In this document: positions 17,101 to 26,249 of the stretch, one piece after another | Position numbering within the stretch: the stretch's first letter is position 1 | Layout of the letters: every line of letters starts with the position of its first letter | Source: a virus | IMG/VR virus record: IMGVR_UViG_3300045988_132779 | Location: 1-42,879 of that record | DNA: 42,879 nucleotides | Strand: one strand, 5' to 3' | Position numbers and translations under genes: made by a program | The notes under the pieces: generated by a model | What the model saw: only the letters and a program-made list of their open reading frames with translations | Told to the model about the DNA's origin: nothing | Database searches by the model: none

Positions 17101-18277
17101 CAAGGTTGGTTGTTGTTAAATTACCTGAAGCAACGACACGTGTCATCGCTTTAGACAAGGAATCCATGCCGTCTCCGCCTTTGTGCGAAGCCGTGGCAAT
17201 GCTGGCAATACCAGCACTAATGGCGACAGTTTTTTCTGTGACACCATGTGTCATGGTATCAACGGTGGTTTGCATTTTGTTAACTTCGCCACCGGTTGCA
17301 CCAGTTTCACTGCGCAAATATGACATTTGGTCGGAAAGAATCTGGATATCATTGGTCGATTTGCCCATGTTTTCCCATGTCATTTTCAGCTTTTCTCCGG
17401 CCTCGTTAAGCTCTAGCCCAGACTTTACCGTGTCAGTAATGCTTGAGCTTAGACGTTGCCATCCGCTCGTAATGGCATTGGTGATAAGGCCGCCTTCAAC
17501 AATTTTGTGAAGCAAACCCGGTGTCTTTTCGGCTTGCTTGTTTGTTCCCGATATGGCTTCCTTAACTCTGTTGAAAACAGATGGATTAGCCTTGTCCATT
17601 TCGGTTTGCAAGCCAGTCATTGAAGACTTAGCCTTTGCTAAACTGGTAGCCGTTTCATCAACACGTGTTTTCTGTGTACGCCATGCTTCTGAATCCTTAC
17701 CACTAGCACTGGCAATCTTATCCAACTCAGCAGACTGTTTAGACAGTTGCTCATTCAGATTGGTAATGGAGAACTTATAGCCTTCCATCTTGGCCTTGTT
17801 GGCTTCTTGCTGTTTGCCTTCAGCCTCTAGGCGAGTTACATAGGCTTGATTTGCCCGCGCAGCCGCTGTGTACTCTTGTTGTAAGCCAGCCAACCCAGAC
17901 TTCTGATAGTCCATGGCCTGTTTGGCACGGTCTTGCTGAGCTTGCATACTAGCAAGTTGTTTAGTAGCACCATCAATATCACGTTGATACTTCAAAAACT
18001 GTTGAGCAACATCGGCAGTATTGCCCTTCAACTCAGCTTGTTTGGCTTTTAGAGCGTCAATCTTAGCCTGTTGTGACTCAATAGACTTACCCAGGCCGTC
18101 ATACTTGGCTTGAGCAGCGCCAACTGCATCACCAGCAGATTTCATCTCGGCTTCTTGCGCTTTCCAAGCGTTTTGGCTGGAACGAACAACCGCTGTTAAT
18201 GATTTGACGGATTCACTTGCCGACAATAGATCAAGGGCAATCTTGGTGCTCATTGTTGCGTTAATTTGTTGTGCCAC
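14177..18277 (-). CDS. Tape measure protein with a C-terminal lytic transglycosylase (SLT-like) domain
   Basis: 1366 aa. Coiled-coil N-terminus, G/A-rich TM-like segment, GWxxFWxD repeat block, and [28 protein letters not shown] (E-S...GL.Q SLT motif). Confidence 0.9.
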   Translation of the reverse strand: [1366 protein letters not shown]

Positions 18278-18282
18278 TTAAA

Positions 18283-18490
18283 TCACCCTTTCTCTTGGTA
18301 TTGTTGCCACATAACTGCCGGATCAATTGGCCGATCTTTCTTATCCTTGGCGGACATCATTTCCAGCATTTCAAAATAGTCCGCATCATCAAAATCCTGC
18401 ATTGACCAGTGGAAATACATGACTGCTTGCTTTTTCATCAATCTAAAGTCCTGTAGCTGATTTTCAAGCTCATAAACTTTGACGGCTGGA
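18283..18490 (-). CDS. gpT-like extension of the tail assembly chaperone, reached by a frameshift (+1 frame relative to 18491..18853)
   Basis: An open frame runs from 18528 to the TGA at 18283 and overlaps the end of the chaperone ORF. No RBS of its own. It fills the otherwise empty gap before the TMP. Confidence 0.5.
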
Positions 18491-18853
18491 TTAATCTTTG
18501 CTTTTGCTGGCGTCTTGCTTCTTGGCAGCTAAGTCAATGTCTTCATCACTCATGCCCATCATGCGTTCAAAAGTGTAATTAACTGCTTGAATAGTTTCAG
18601 CGAATTCTAGGTCCCCAAGCTTTTCTGTTTCTTGCTTGTTAAGGCCTAAAACCGTGGTCAAGAAATCGATTGAGTCATGTAACATATCGCGTTGCATTTT
18701 AATAATTTCTACCGGTTCCATATCGGCAACATCGTCTGCCTTGGCCATCAGTAACTGTAAGTCGTACATCTTTTCCATATTCCGATTGGTTGTCTTGACT
18801 TCGTGTACACGGTTGCTAAGTTGACTAACTTTAATTTTCATTGGTAATACCAT
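18491..18853 (-). CDS. Tail assembly chaperone (gpG-like)
   Basis: Acidic 120-aa ORF between the major tail protein and the TMP. The start may be the second ATG (MKIKV, 18841). Confidence 0.7.
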   Translation of the reverse strand: MVLPMKIKVSQLSNRVHEVKTTNRNMEKMYDLQLLMAKADDVADMEPVEIIKMQRDMLHDSIDFLTTVLGLNKQETEKLGDLEFAETIQAVNYTFERMMGMSDEDIDLAAKKQDASKSKD

Positions 18854-18870
18854 CCTCTGTATTTAATAAG

Positions 18871-18915
18871 GTCGCTGTGGTGAATCGGACACCACCAAGT
18901 TCACCAGAAAGCGAC
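18871..18915 (-). other. Long nested RNA hairpin between the major tail and chaperone genes (attenuator/terminator-like)
   Basis: GTCGCT..TGGTGAA-15 nt-TTCACCA..AGCGAC; two stacked perfect stems. Confidence 0.45.
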
Positions 18916-19003
18916 TTTTGAGCATAAAAAATAGCGCACGTTAGTGAGCCATTCATCAGTTGTTGCTATGAAATTGTGTCAGATTGCGTCTGTCAGCACC
19001 GGC

Positions 19004-19615
19004 TTATTTGCCTAATGATGAGGATGTCAATACGTATCCGCCGAACACTTCTTTGTACATGTTGGCTTTATCGAACTTGCTATCAAGATCACTGTAAATC
19101 TTGTACGGCTGGTTATTGAAAGCCACAGTAGAAAGTGCCGTGTAAGTTAAAGTGTCATCTACACGTTGTTCTGCTGCCGCATCAGTCTGAATGTTAGCTG
19201 CGGTTTCGGTCATGATGCCATCGCCAAATCCATAATAGACGAAGTGCAACCGATCAATGGTTTGGGTGGTAATAAGCAAGGCCACATGAGCCTTCAAATT
19301 TTCATCGGTCCAGCCGCCCTTTTTGTCACTTACAAATCCTTTGATTTGCTGCTTGATTGTATGATCCAAATTGTTAATATCCAAAGCCACTGTTGGTTCT
19401 GAAGTACCAACGGTAACGTCTTGGACGTTGTTGTTGCCATAAATCTTAGCAATTGTGCCTGCTAAGCCTGTAATGTTGGCCGTTTTAGCACCTAGATCTT
19501 TGTGATCGACAGTATAGACACCGTCTGTACTTAGTCCTGTATCAGCGCCAGAAATTAACTTTTGTTGTGCATCAACCAAAGCTAGCTGAATTTGATATAA
19601 ACCTACTGTTGCCAT
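19004..19615 (-). CDS. Major tail protein
   Basis: 203 aa, strong RBS TAGGAGG. Position is upstream of the chaperone/TMP genes. T/G-rich, beta-type composition. Confidence 0.75.
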   Translation of the reverse strand: MATVGLYQIQLALVDAQQKLISGADTGLSTDGVYTVDHKDLGAKTANITGLAGTIAKIYGNNNVQDVTVGTSEPTVALDINNLDHTIKQQIKGFVSDKKGGWTDENLKAHVALLITTQTIDRLHFVYYGFGDGIMTETAANIQTDAAAEQRVDDTLTYTALSTVAFNNQPYKIYSDLDSKFDKANMYKEVFGGYVLTSSSLGK

Positions 19616-19626
19616 TTGAATGCCTC

Positions 19627-19998
19627 CTAAATATTCTTTGTTCTACTGAAATAAAATGTGTTAAAAAGTTGCTGTGTGTCTGGGTCTAATGTTCGTTGTC
19701 TAACCGCGGCTACCTGCCAATGTTGATGAGTAAAAGCCTTCATCATGGCGATCTCAATGATTTCGGGATCAGAATCGAGCAATTGTGAGTACCAAATCTG
19801 TACTTCTACTTCCTGATTTAATGCCCAGAAATCATTGTTACCACGGGCGGTAGGATCATCAGCAGCATCAGTAATCAGCACGACTGTTGTGTTCAGATTA
19901 TCAACTAATTCTTGCGGCAGGTTGTTGCCTTCAACTACATCAATACTGGCAATCCCGGCTTGGTTAAGCATCGTTACCGCATCATCTACGGCACTCAT
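19627..19998 (-). CDS. Tail completion / tail terminator-like protein
   Basis: Synteny (after the HK97 gp10-like gene, before the major tail gene). ATGA overlap with the upstream gene. Confidence 0.55.
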   Translation of the reverse strand: MSAVDDAVTMLNQAGIASIDVVEGNNLPQELVDNLNTTVVLITDAADDPTARGNNDFWALNQEVEVQIWYSQLLDSDPEIIEIAMMKAFTHQHWQVAAVRQRTLDPDTQQLFNTFYFSRTKNI

Positions 19999-20414
19999 TT
20001 ATCCCCACCACCATTCGCTTTGGCAATGATTGCCTGATACTTCTCAGCTTCAGCGGCAAATACAGCATCTTTGGCATCGTCACGGGCATTATCAACAAAG
20101 TGATCACCGCGAATATACTTGGTGCCATCATTCAAGAAGCGAGCAATGTAGGCTTTATTGTGGAACCCAACCGTTGAACTTCCATTATGGTCACCGTCAA
20201 TATCTCCCGCAGCACTACTGATGTCCTCACTCAAATGTCCATGCTTACCGCCGTCTCCCTTAGTATTTGGGTGTTTTTCTTTGGTGGTCTCTGCTAGTTC
20301 CTTGGCGTAAACATCAGCACCAGCTTTAGTAATCTTCTCTTGGTCAGATATAGAAAGCTGTGCGGCCTTTGATACTTGCTCAAGCCATTGCCCAAGTGCC
20401 TCATCCATGTCCAC
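19995..20414 (-). CDS. HK97 gp10-family tail/neck component
   Basis: FHNKAYIARFLNDGTKYIRGDHFVDNA resembles the HK97 gp10 family. Synteny supports this. Confidence 0.65.
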   Translation of the reverse strand: MDMDEALGQWLEQVSKAAQLSISDQEKITKAGADVYAKELAETTKEKHPNTKGDGGKHGHLSEDISSAAGDIDGDHNGSSTVGFHNKAYIARFLNDGTKYIRGDHFVDNARDDAKDAVFAAEAEKYQAIIAKANGGGDK

Positions 20415-20416
20415 GG

Positions 20417-20758
20417 TTATGCCCCCTTAGTTGTTTTGACTAGGGTCAGATAGTCATAACGAATAGCATCATTACTGTCGTCCGGGCTAATGTCTGAAAT
20501 GTCATACACAATCCCATCAAGACGTGCCTGTTTCTGACTAGCATTTCTAGTATCGTGCCTGACAATAACTGTGATTGAATTGTCCAAACGTGTGCCCACA
20601 AGCGTGTACTGCTGGGTGAGTGTCCGCGTCTGCTGCTTGAAATGCAGACTATAATTCGGAACAAAGCTAGTGATATTAATGCCGGCACCAGTCTTGTGTG
20701 ATTTTGGAGAGCCAAGATCAACCTTGCGGCTGAAATCGGCTACTTTAAATTTAGCCAT
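20417..20758 (-). CDS. Head closure (head-tail joining) protein
   Basis: The 113-aa ORF from MAKFKVADF has the phage head-closure-family shape (...ITVIVRHD...ARLDGIVYDI). 8-nt overlap with the connector gene. Confidence 0.65.
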   Translation of the reverse strand: MAKFKVADFSRKVDLGSPKSHKTGAGINITSFVPNYSLHFKQQTRTLTQQYTLVGTRLDNSITVIVRHDTRNASQKQARLDGIVYDISDISPDDSNDAIRYDYLTLVKTTKGA

Positions 20759-21095
20759 CAGCCCCACCAGCCTTTGCTGCTTGATCACGCTGAATCTTCC
20801 AACGAATACTGTTGATCATGTAAGCATAGCTGGGTGGATAGGCCTTGTTTTGATCAGATAGTGTGCCTCGTGAGTAATACATGAAGTCCACCAATACACG
20901 TACAGCTTGGTTAAACAATGGGTATTTCCTGTATATACCAACGTCAATCGTGTCATCGATGGCCCCAATGATTGCTTCTTCTGCGGTACTGATCATACCG
21001 GCAAGAACCGAAGCATCCCCATTGGTATCAAGATTAAGGTATTGCTGCATGTCTTCCGGGGTGACTCCCAGGCCAGCAAGGGACTTGTCTGTCAT
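20751..21095 (-). CDS. Head-tail connector (gp6-like DNA packaging protein)
   Basis: The first gene after the capsid gene. Has LAGLGVTPEDMQQYLNLD... and AEEAIIGAIDD, as in the connector family. Confidence 0.65.
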   Translation of the reverse strand: MTDKSLAGLGVTPEDMQQYLNLDTNGDASVLAGMISTAEEAIIGAIDDTIDVGIYRKYPLFNQAVRVLVDFMYYSRGTLSDQNKAYPPSYAYMINSIRWKIQRDQAAKAGGADG

Positions 21096-21167
21096 ATTCA
21101 GCCCTCCCTTAATAGCCGCCCGTCATTATCGGCGAATTGTTTATTTCTTAGGCGACTAATAATCGTA

Positions 21168-22343
21168 TTACTTACCAAGACCGGAACCAGGTACATCTGT
21201 ATTGGTCACAAAATATCCGGCATTGCTATCGGCCTTTTGGACGCCAAACCGAAATGCGGCGCCAAGATATTTACCGTAGATCTTGCTGTCCTCCCATGCC
21301 AGAGTGACCTGCTGACGATCCGTAAACAGGACACCACGCTTCAGATCACCAACGAATGCTTTTTGATCACCGGCAAGAGAGCCGAGAAGAGTATCACCAA
21401 CAACATATACGGGGACACCAAGAATCGTGCCCTTTGCAGTTCCGTCAGTAATAGAATCGGACGCATCATGAAGCAAGTAACGCCCATTCTTATCTTTCAA
21501 CGTATCAAGCGTATTGAACAAGGACTGAGTAACCACAAGCGCACGGCTATATGCTGGATCAAGATCAACGTTAAGGATGTGCTTAAGGCTATCTACAAGA
21601 GTATCAGTGGTTGTTTTCTTGGCCGTGAACGACTGCAATACAGGCGCAATCATCGCGTTGTAGGTATTGACGGACTTTTCGTTGATAGACTGACTAACAA
21701 GTGCGGTCAAGTCCACTGCTGAATCAGCAATAGCTTCCTCAGACAGAGGGATTGCGCCACGGTATGTGCTAACAGACCAATCCACATGTTCAAATTCAGG
21801 TTCAGCAAGTGCTGGATTCTCAGCCAGCTCTGCCACACTGGAAAAACGATCGGTTGCCCGTTTCAAAATAGGGTACGTTCCCTTGGGAGTGGTAACTGGG
21901 GTCTTGGTAACCAAGGTAGACAGATCCACAACCGAATTTACTTCTGCGGTAGGGTCATAAATAATTTCTTCCGGAATCAGCACGCCTGCTTCGGTCGAAG
22001 TGACGTGACTGGCTGCGTTTTCAATCACCTTGCCATGGCTATGGATGTAGTCATTGATAGCTTTCTTCGTGGCGTCAATTGGCTTCTTCTTTAAGTCGGT
22101 ACCAGTCGGATTAGCCTTGTCTTTTGGCTTGTCAGAGTTAGAATCATCCTTCTTTTCAGCTTCAAGGGCTTTAATCTGATCGTTAATAGCGTCCCGACGC
22201 GCCTTGGCAGCGGTCAAGTCATCCTTGATCTTTTGAAAATCATCCACAGATGCGTTTTCATCTTGTAATTTTGCGTTGAGCTGAGCGTTTAGGTCGGCAC
22301 ACTTGGCGCTAACTTCATTAAAAAGCGTTTGTAATTTGTCCAT
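21168..22343 (-). CDS. Major capsid protein, HK97 fold, with an N-terminal coiled-coil delta/scaffold domain
   Basis: 391 aa, directly after the prohead protease. The N-terminal ~100 aa are coiled-coil and K/D-rich. Confidence 0.88.
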   Translation of the reverse strand: MDKLQTLFNEVSAKCADLNAQLNAKLQDENASVDDFQKIKDDLTAAKARRDAINDQIKALEAEKKDDSNSDKPKDKANPTGTDLKKKPIDATKKAINDYIHSHGKVIENAASHVTSTEAGVLIPEEIIYDPTAEVNSVVDLSTLVTKTPVTTPKGTYPILKRATDRFSSVAELAENPALAEPEFEHVDWSVSTYRGAIPLSEEAIADSAVDLTALVSQSINEKSVNTYNAMIAPVLQSFTAKKTTTDTLVDSLKHILNVDLDPAYSRALVVTQSLFNTLDTLKDKNGRYLLHDASDSITDGTAKGTILGVPVYVVGDTLLGSLAGDQKAFVGDLKRGVLFTDRQQVTLAWEDSKIYGKYLGAAFRFGVQKADSNAGYFVTNTDVPGSGLGK

Positions 22344-23029
22344 TATTGGACCTCCTTTTTTTCATAAAAAATAGCCAGCTTCTTGTTTAGCAGATTGTTC
22401 TGCTTTGGAAGTTGACTACGTAGCTTGTTGTTTTCATCTTTCAGGTTCTTAATTCGTTGAACTGCTTGATGTGGAATAATCGGACCCACAGCGTTTACAA
22501 TTGGCGTATCGAAGTCTAGCTTTTCATCTGCCAATCCTAGTTCAACAGCTTGATCAGCGTCTAGCCATGTTTCTTTATCCATTAATGCTAAAAAGTCATC
22601 GGCAGGTTTCCCAGTCTTTGCAGAGTACAGGCTTGCAATTGCACTATCGGTAGTTTGCAGCATTCCAGAAGCGGCATCCATCTCGTGAGAGTTTCCACTA
22701 GCATCACTTGATGCGCGATGAATCATCATCTTAGCACCGGGCGCCATCTGAACCTTATTGGCACCCATAGCAACAATTGTTGCAGCAGAGTACGCATTTG
22801 ATACGATCTTTGCCGTTACATTGCCTTTATAATCACGAAGTGCGTTGCATACTTCTGTAGCTGGGTCAACTTCCCCGCCATCTGACGCAATTTCTAATAC
22901 AACATCAGACCCGTCATTTGGAAGTGATTGAACAATATCGGATGGAGATGTTGCAGTCATTCCGAACCAATCACGATAAATAGGGGCAGAATCATCGCTT
23001 GTAATGTAGCCCTTAACAGGAATAATCAC
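22343..23029 (-). CDS. ClpP-family prohead (head maturation) protease
   Basis: VVLEIASDGGEVDPATEV...SNAYSAATIVAMGANKVQMAPGAKMMIH is ClpP/S14-like. Lies between the portal and capsid genes. Confidence 0.85.
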   Translation of the reverse strand: MIIPVKGYITSDDSAPIYRDWFGMTATSPSDIVQSLPNDGSDVVLEIASDGGEVDPATEVCNALRDYKGNVTAKIVSNAYSAATIVAMGANKVQMAPGAKMMIHRASSDASGNSHEMDAASGMLQTTDSAIASLYSAKTGKPADDFLALMDKETWLDADQAVELGLADEKLDFDTPIVNAVGPIIPHQAVQRIKNLKDENNKLRSQLPKQNNLLNKKLAIFYEKKEVQ

Positions 23030-24177
23030 TCGTCATCACCTCCCTTCACTTGTGTAGTAAGTGGCTCGAACTCAGGCAAGTTATCCGGCAAAAATCCAGA
23101 CCGGGTGAGTATAAATTGTGCCTGTTCTGCACCTAGCACCCCGGACTTGGCAAGATTTGATACCTGGTTGATCAGTGTTGAGTCGTCAACATCCAACATG
23201 TCTTTAATATCTAGCTCAAGGTCAGGCGCATGCATCTTCAAGCGCAACTCATCCACGATTGGATTTACATATGAGTTTAAGTTTGCCAGATATGTTGCCT
23301 TGATCTGGTCAATGTTGGAATGTTGGCTTTCAGTCGATGTGCCACCACCCAAAATGTCGCTGGGTACACCAAAGGCCTTGGAGATTTGATCAGCAGAGTA
23401 CGCTGAATTGTCAGCCAAGGCCTTAAATACATCCGTCTTCATTTCAAGCTGGGTGTAATCGAACCCATCGGGTAAAACCATCAAGCGGCCGGAGTTATCA
23501 CCGGTATTTGCCTTCTCGAACTCTTCACGAGCCGATTCTAAGTCTTTGCCATCGCTTAAATAGTTGCTGATTGTAAGCTTTCCGGCAGGATTAATCTGAT
23601 TTTCCATGGCACTCATGTTACTTTTCGAGGCTTTATCGTCCAAATTAAGGGCGTTTTGTAAGCTTTCTAAAGGTGATCGACCAATCAAATACCGATATTG
23701 TGGGTCTGGCATGAGCCTAAAATGTAGCATTTGGTCCTGCCTAAGCACCATTTGGGGACGATCATTGCTCTCCAAAACCGTATAAACAATGCCTATATTG
23801 CCTGGTAAATAGTTAATTTGGACGTCAGAGTTAGGGATATGCTCCAGATTCTGCCCAACTAACGGGATATAGTCGTTGCCTGACAAACACAGCTGCATCA
23901 ACGCACCTTGCCAAAAAGAAAACCGGCCTATCAAGCTGCTAGGGCTTTCAAGTCGGTTCAGTGTTGCAGTATTTTCAGTTTTGAAGTGTGCCGAGGCAAC
24001 ATCGCTCGCGATACGGTTGATCACACTATAAACATTAGTGTTTTGCAAAGCGGACAGCGCTGAAACATAAGAAAGTTGCATACCGCCAACCGTGGTCGTG
24101 AAAAAAGCAGAATTGCTCGGATATACCATATTTTTGGCCTTACGTTTGTTGAAATTTCTAGGGGTTAGAAGTCCCAT
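23026..24177 (-). CDS. Portal protein (HK97 family)
   Basis: 383 aa, follows terL and precedes the protease. Typical portal size and order. Confidence 0.85.
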   Translation of the reverse strand: MGLLTPRNFNKRKAKNMVYPSNSAFFTTTVGGMQLSYVSALSALQNTNVYSVINRIASDVASAHFKTENTATLNRLESPSSLIGRFSFWQGALMQLCLSGNDYIPLVGQNLEHIPNSDVQINYLPGNIGIVYTVLESNDRPQMVLRQDQMLHFRLMPDPQYRYLIGRSPLESLQNALNLDDKASKSNMSAMENQINPAGKLTISNYLSDGKDLESAREEFEKANTGDNSGRLMVLPDGFDYTQLEMKTDVFKALADNSAYSADQISKAFGVPSDILGGGTSTESQHSNIDQIKATYLANLNSYVNPIVDELRLKMHAPDLELDIKDMLDVDDSTLINQVSNLAKSGVLGAEQAQFILTRSGFLPDNLPEFEPLTTQVKGGDDE

Positions 24178-24183
24178 TTAACT

Positions 24184-24357
24184 TCACCCCCTTTCTTTGT
24201 CCAGAATGTAAGCAACTAAACACAGCTCAAAGCCTGCAACTAGATAACCAATAACAACGTTAAAAGTGAATGCTGCTACCGCAATCAGTGCCAAGCCAGT
24301 GATAAAGATCATCACCGTGCCCCAACTGCTGAAAAAATTGCTAATAATCTTTGCCAT
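24184..24357 (-). CDS. 57-aa two-TM membrane protein between terL and the portal gene
   Basis: MAKIISNFFSSWGTVMIFITGLALIAVAAFTFNVVIGYLVAGFELCLVAYILDKERG. Its ATG overlaps the terL stop (TAATG), with GGAGGTGG upstream. Below the track cutoff. Confidence 0.55.
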   Translation of the reverse strand: MAKIISNFFSSWGTVMIFITGLALIAVAAFTFNVVIGYLVAGFELCLVAYILDKERG

Positions 24358-26249
24358 TATTTACCACCTCCAAACATTGCCTTGAAAAAGTCACGTTTTC
24401 CCTGTGCGTCCAAATCATTCAACGGGTTATATCCCTCATCATGATAGTTTTCGAAGTAGAATTTTGCCTGCGCATGAGCATTAATAAGCGCATCAGTCGT
24501 ATCAATATGATCACTTGTGCGGTTTTGACGGTCAATCTTGACCGAACCGCCGCGATCTTCTACCAACACAGCGTTGTTCAGCCCATCGATTAGCAATGGA
24601 TCGTTCAACATCGAAATATTCCCATTGATAAACAGATTTTGAAAATCCTTGGTAGGTTCATTCAACTTGAACGAGGTAGGAGGCAAAGGAAACCATTGCC
24701 ACTGCGGCTGATAATGCTCCAGTTTCTTTTCTAGCCATTCACCATGGTTTGGATCGGCAATGATGAATTTTACCTTAAGCCGATGTTGATTAACATAATC
24801 AACCAACCACTGGTAAACCTGTTCGGTGTTGATGACGCCTGATGCAAGATTTGTGATGTCAACGAAGCCTTCATCTTGCAATTTAAGGTAATCTAATCCG
24901 TCCTGTTTCGACTTGGCTTCAATGGTTTTTGCCTGTGCGAAGGGAATAAAGCTGTGCTGCTGAACATGAAACATGTGTTTGTCATGATCGGTGTACGGAT
25001 AAATGAAGCCAAAAGACGTATTGTCATTGGTCTGTGATCCGTCAAATCCAATAAACACATCGCGTCCATTCACATCGAAATGGTCAATAATACTGCGTTG
25101 AATGTTGTCTAGGGACAAATAGCTGTTCTGAAATCGCCGGCTCCACAGATTAAGGGACTTATTGACGAAGGTTTCTAGCGTTCCTTCTCGTTCGTTGTCG
25201 TTGCGGTCTTGATTAAGAGCCTTTTGAAGGTTGTCCCGTTTGCTTTTAGGCAGCTCAAGCAGATTAGGATTAGATTTAGCCCATGTTTCGGGTTCAAATA
25301 CCTCATCCTCCGAGTCCTGAGAATAAATTACTTGAAACACGTTGTCAGCGTCTCGAACGGCGTCATGCTCAATGGCAGCCCTAGTTACGTCTTCATCATT
25401 CTTAAACTTGACCTTGATATCAGGGTAAGCTGTTGAAATCTTGACAAACATTCGGTTCTTAATGCCATTTTGACCGGATGTAATCTGCTTCAGGGTCTCA
25501 TTCAAGGCCGGCCTTAAGTTGCCAATTTCATCATAAACAGCGATTGCATTATGGAAACTATCGAAGCCACCGCCTTGTGAGGTGCCTTTCCGGATTGTGT
25601 TCTTGGTGTTTTTTGCGATAACTTGCGTGGTTTGAGCTTCCACGCCACGGTCTCTAGCATCATCTGCAAAGTCCGGCAGGGATAAAATTGTCTTCGCCTG
25701 CAAAGACACGTCATTGAACAGCTTGGTTGCATGTTCACTATCGTAACTGGCCACTAGCAAGTCCTGTGATGTCGCATTCCAGCATACTACAAAGTAGTAG
25801 AAATTGATCAGGATAGAAGCAAGCCAAGTTTTGCCTTGCTGCCGAGCAATAGATATGTTGGAAGTTGTGAATCTGGTACCGTTGTCTAGGGTGCGCCAAC
25901 CAATCAAGCTATCAAGGATAAAGGATTGCCATTTGAATGGTTGAATTTTCTTTGAGGTATCGTCTGGATTGGGCAGCAACCGTGAAAAGTATTCAATTGC
26001 GTTCACCATGTCCGAGTTATATTGGTAGGGGAAATCATCGTTGCCAATTCTAAGCAAATCGTTTAAGTGCCGAATACATGCAAGCTGAACGTCTCTACCA
26101 GTCATGTATTTATTGGTGAACATAACATCATAAGCGTATTTTGTTCCTGGATCATGATACTTATCTAACAGTCCTTGGTAATCTGATTGGTACGGCTTTA
26201 CGTAGCCGCGAATATCTTGCACACCGGTAAAATCAAACGTCCGCACCAA
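24357..26249 (-). CDS. terL: Terminase large subunit (Terminase_1-like)
   Basis: ~630 aa after the P27-type terS. Has an ATPase region and a C-terminal nuclease region. The start is probably TTG 26249 or GTG 26246 (GGAGG upstream). Confidence 0.9.
   Translation of the reverse strand: [630 protein letters not shown]

Noticed and set aside
20907-21722. 271-aa + strand ORF
   Set aside because: It lies entirely antisense to the strongly supported capsid and connector genes, has no SD, and has an odd Cys/Ile-rich composition. It is a shadow ORF.
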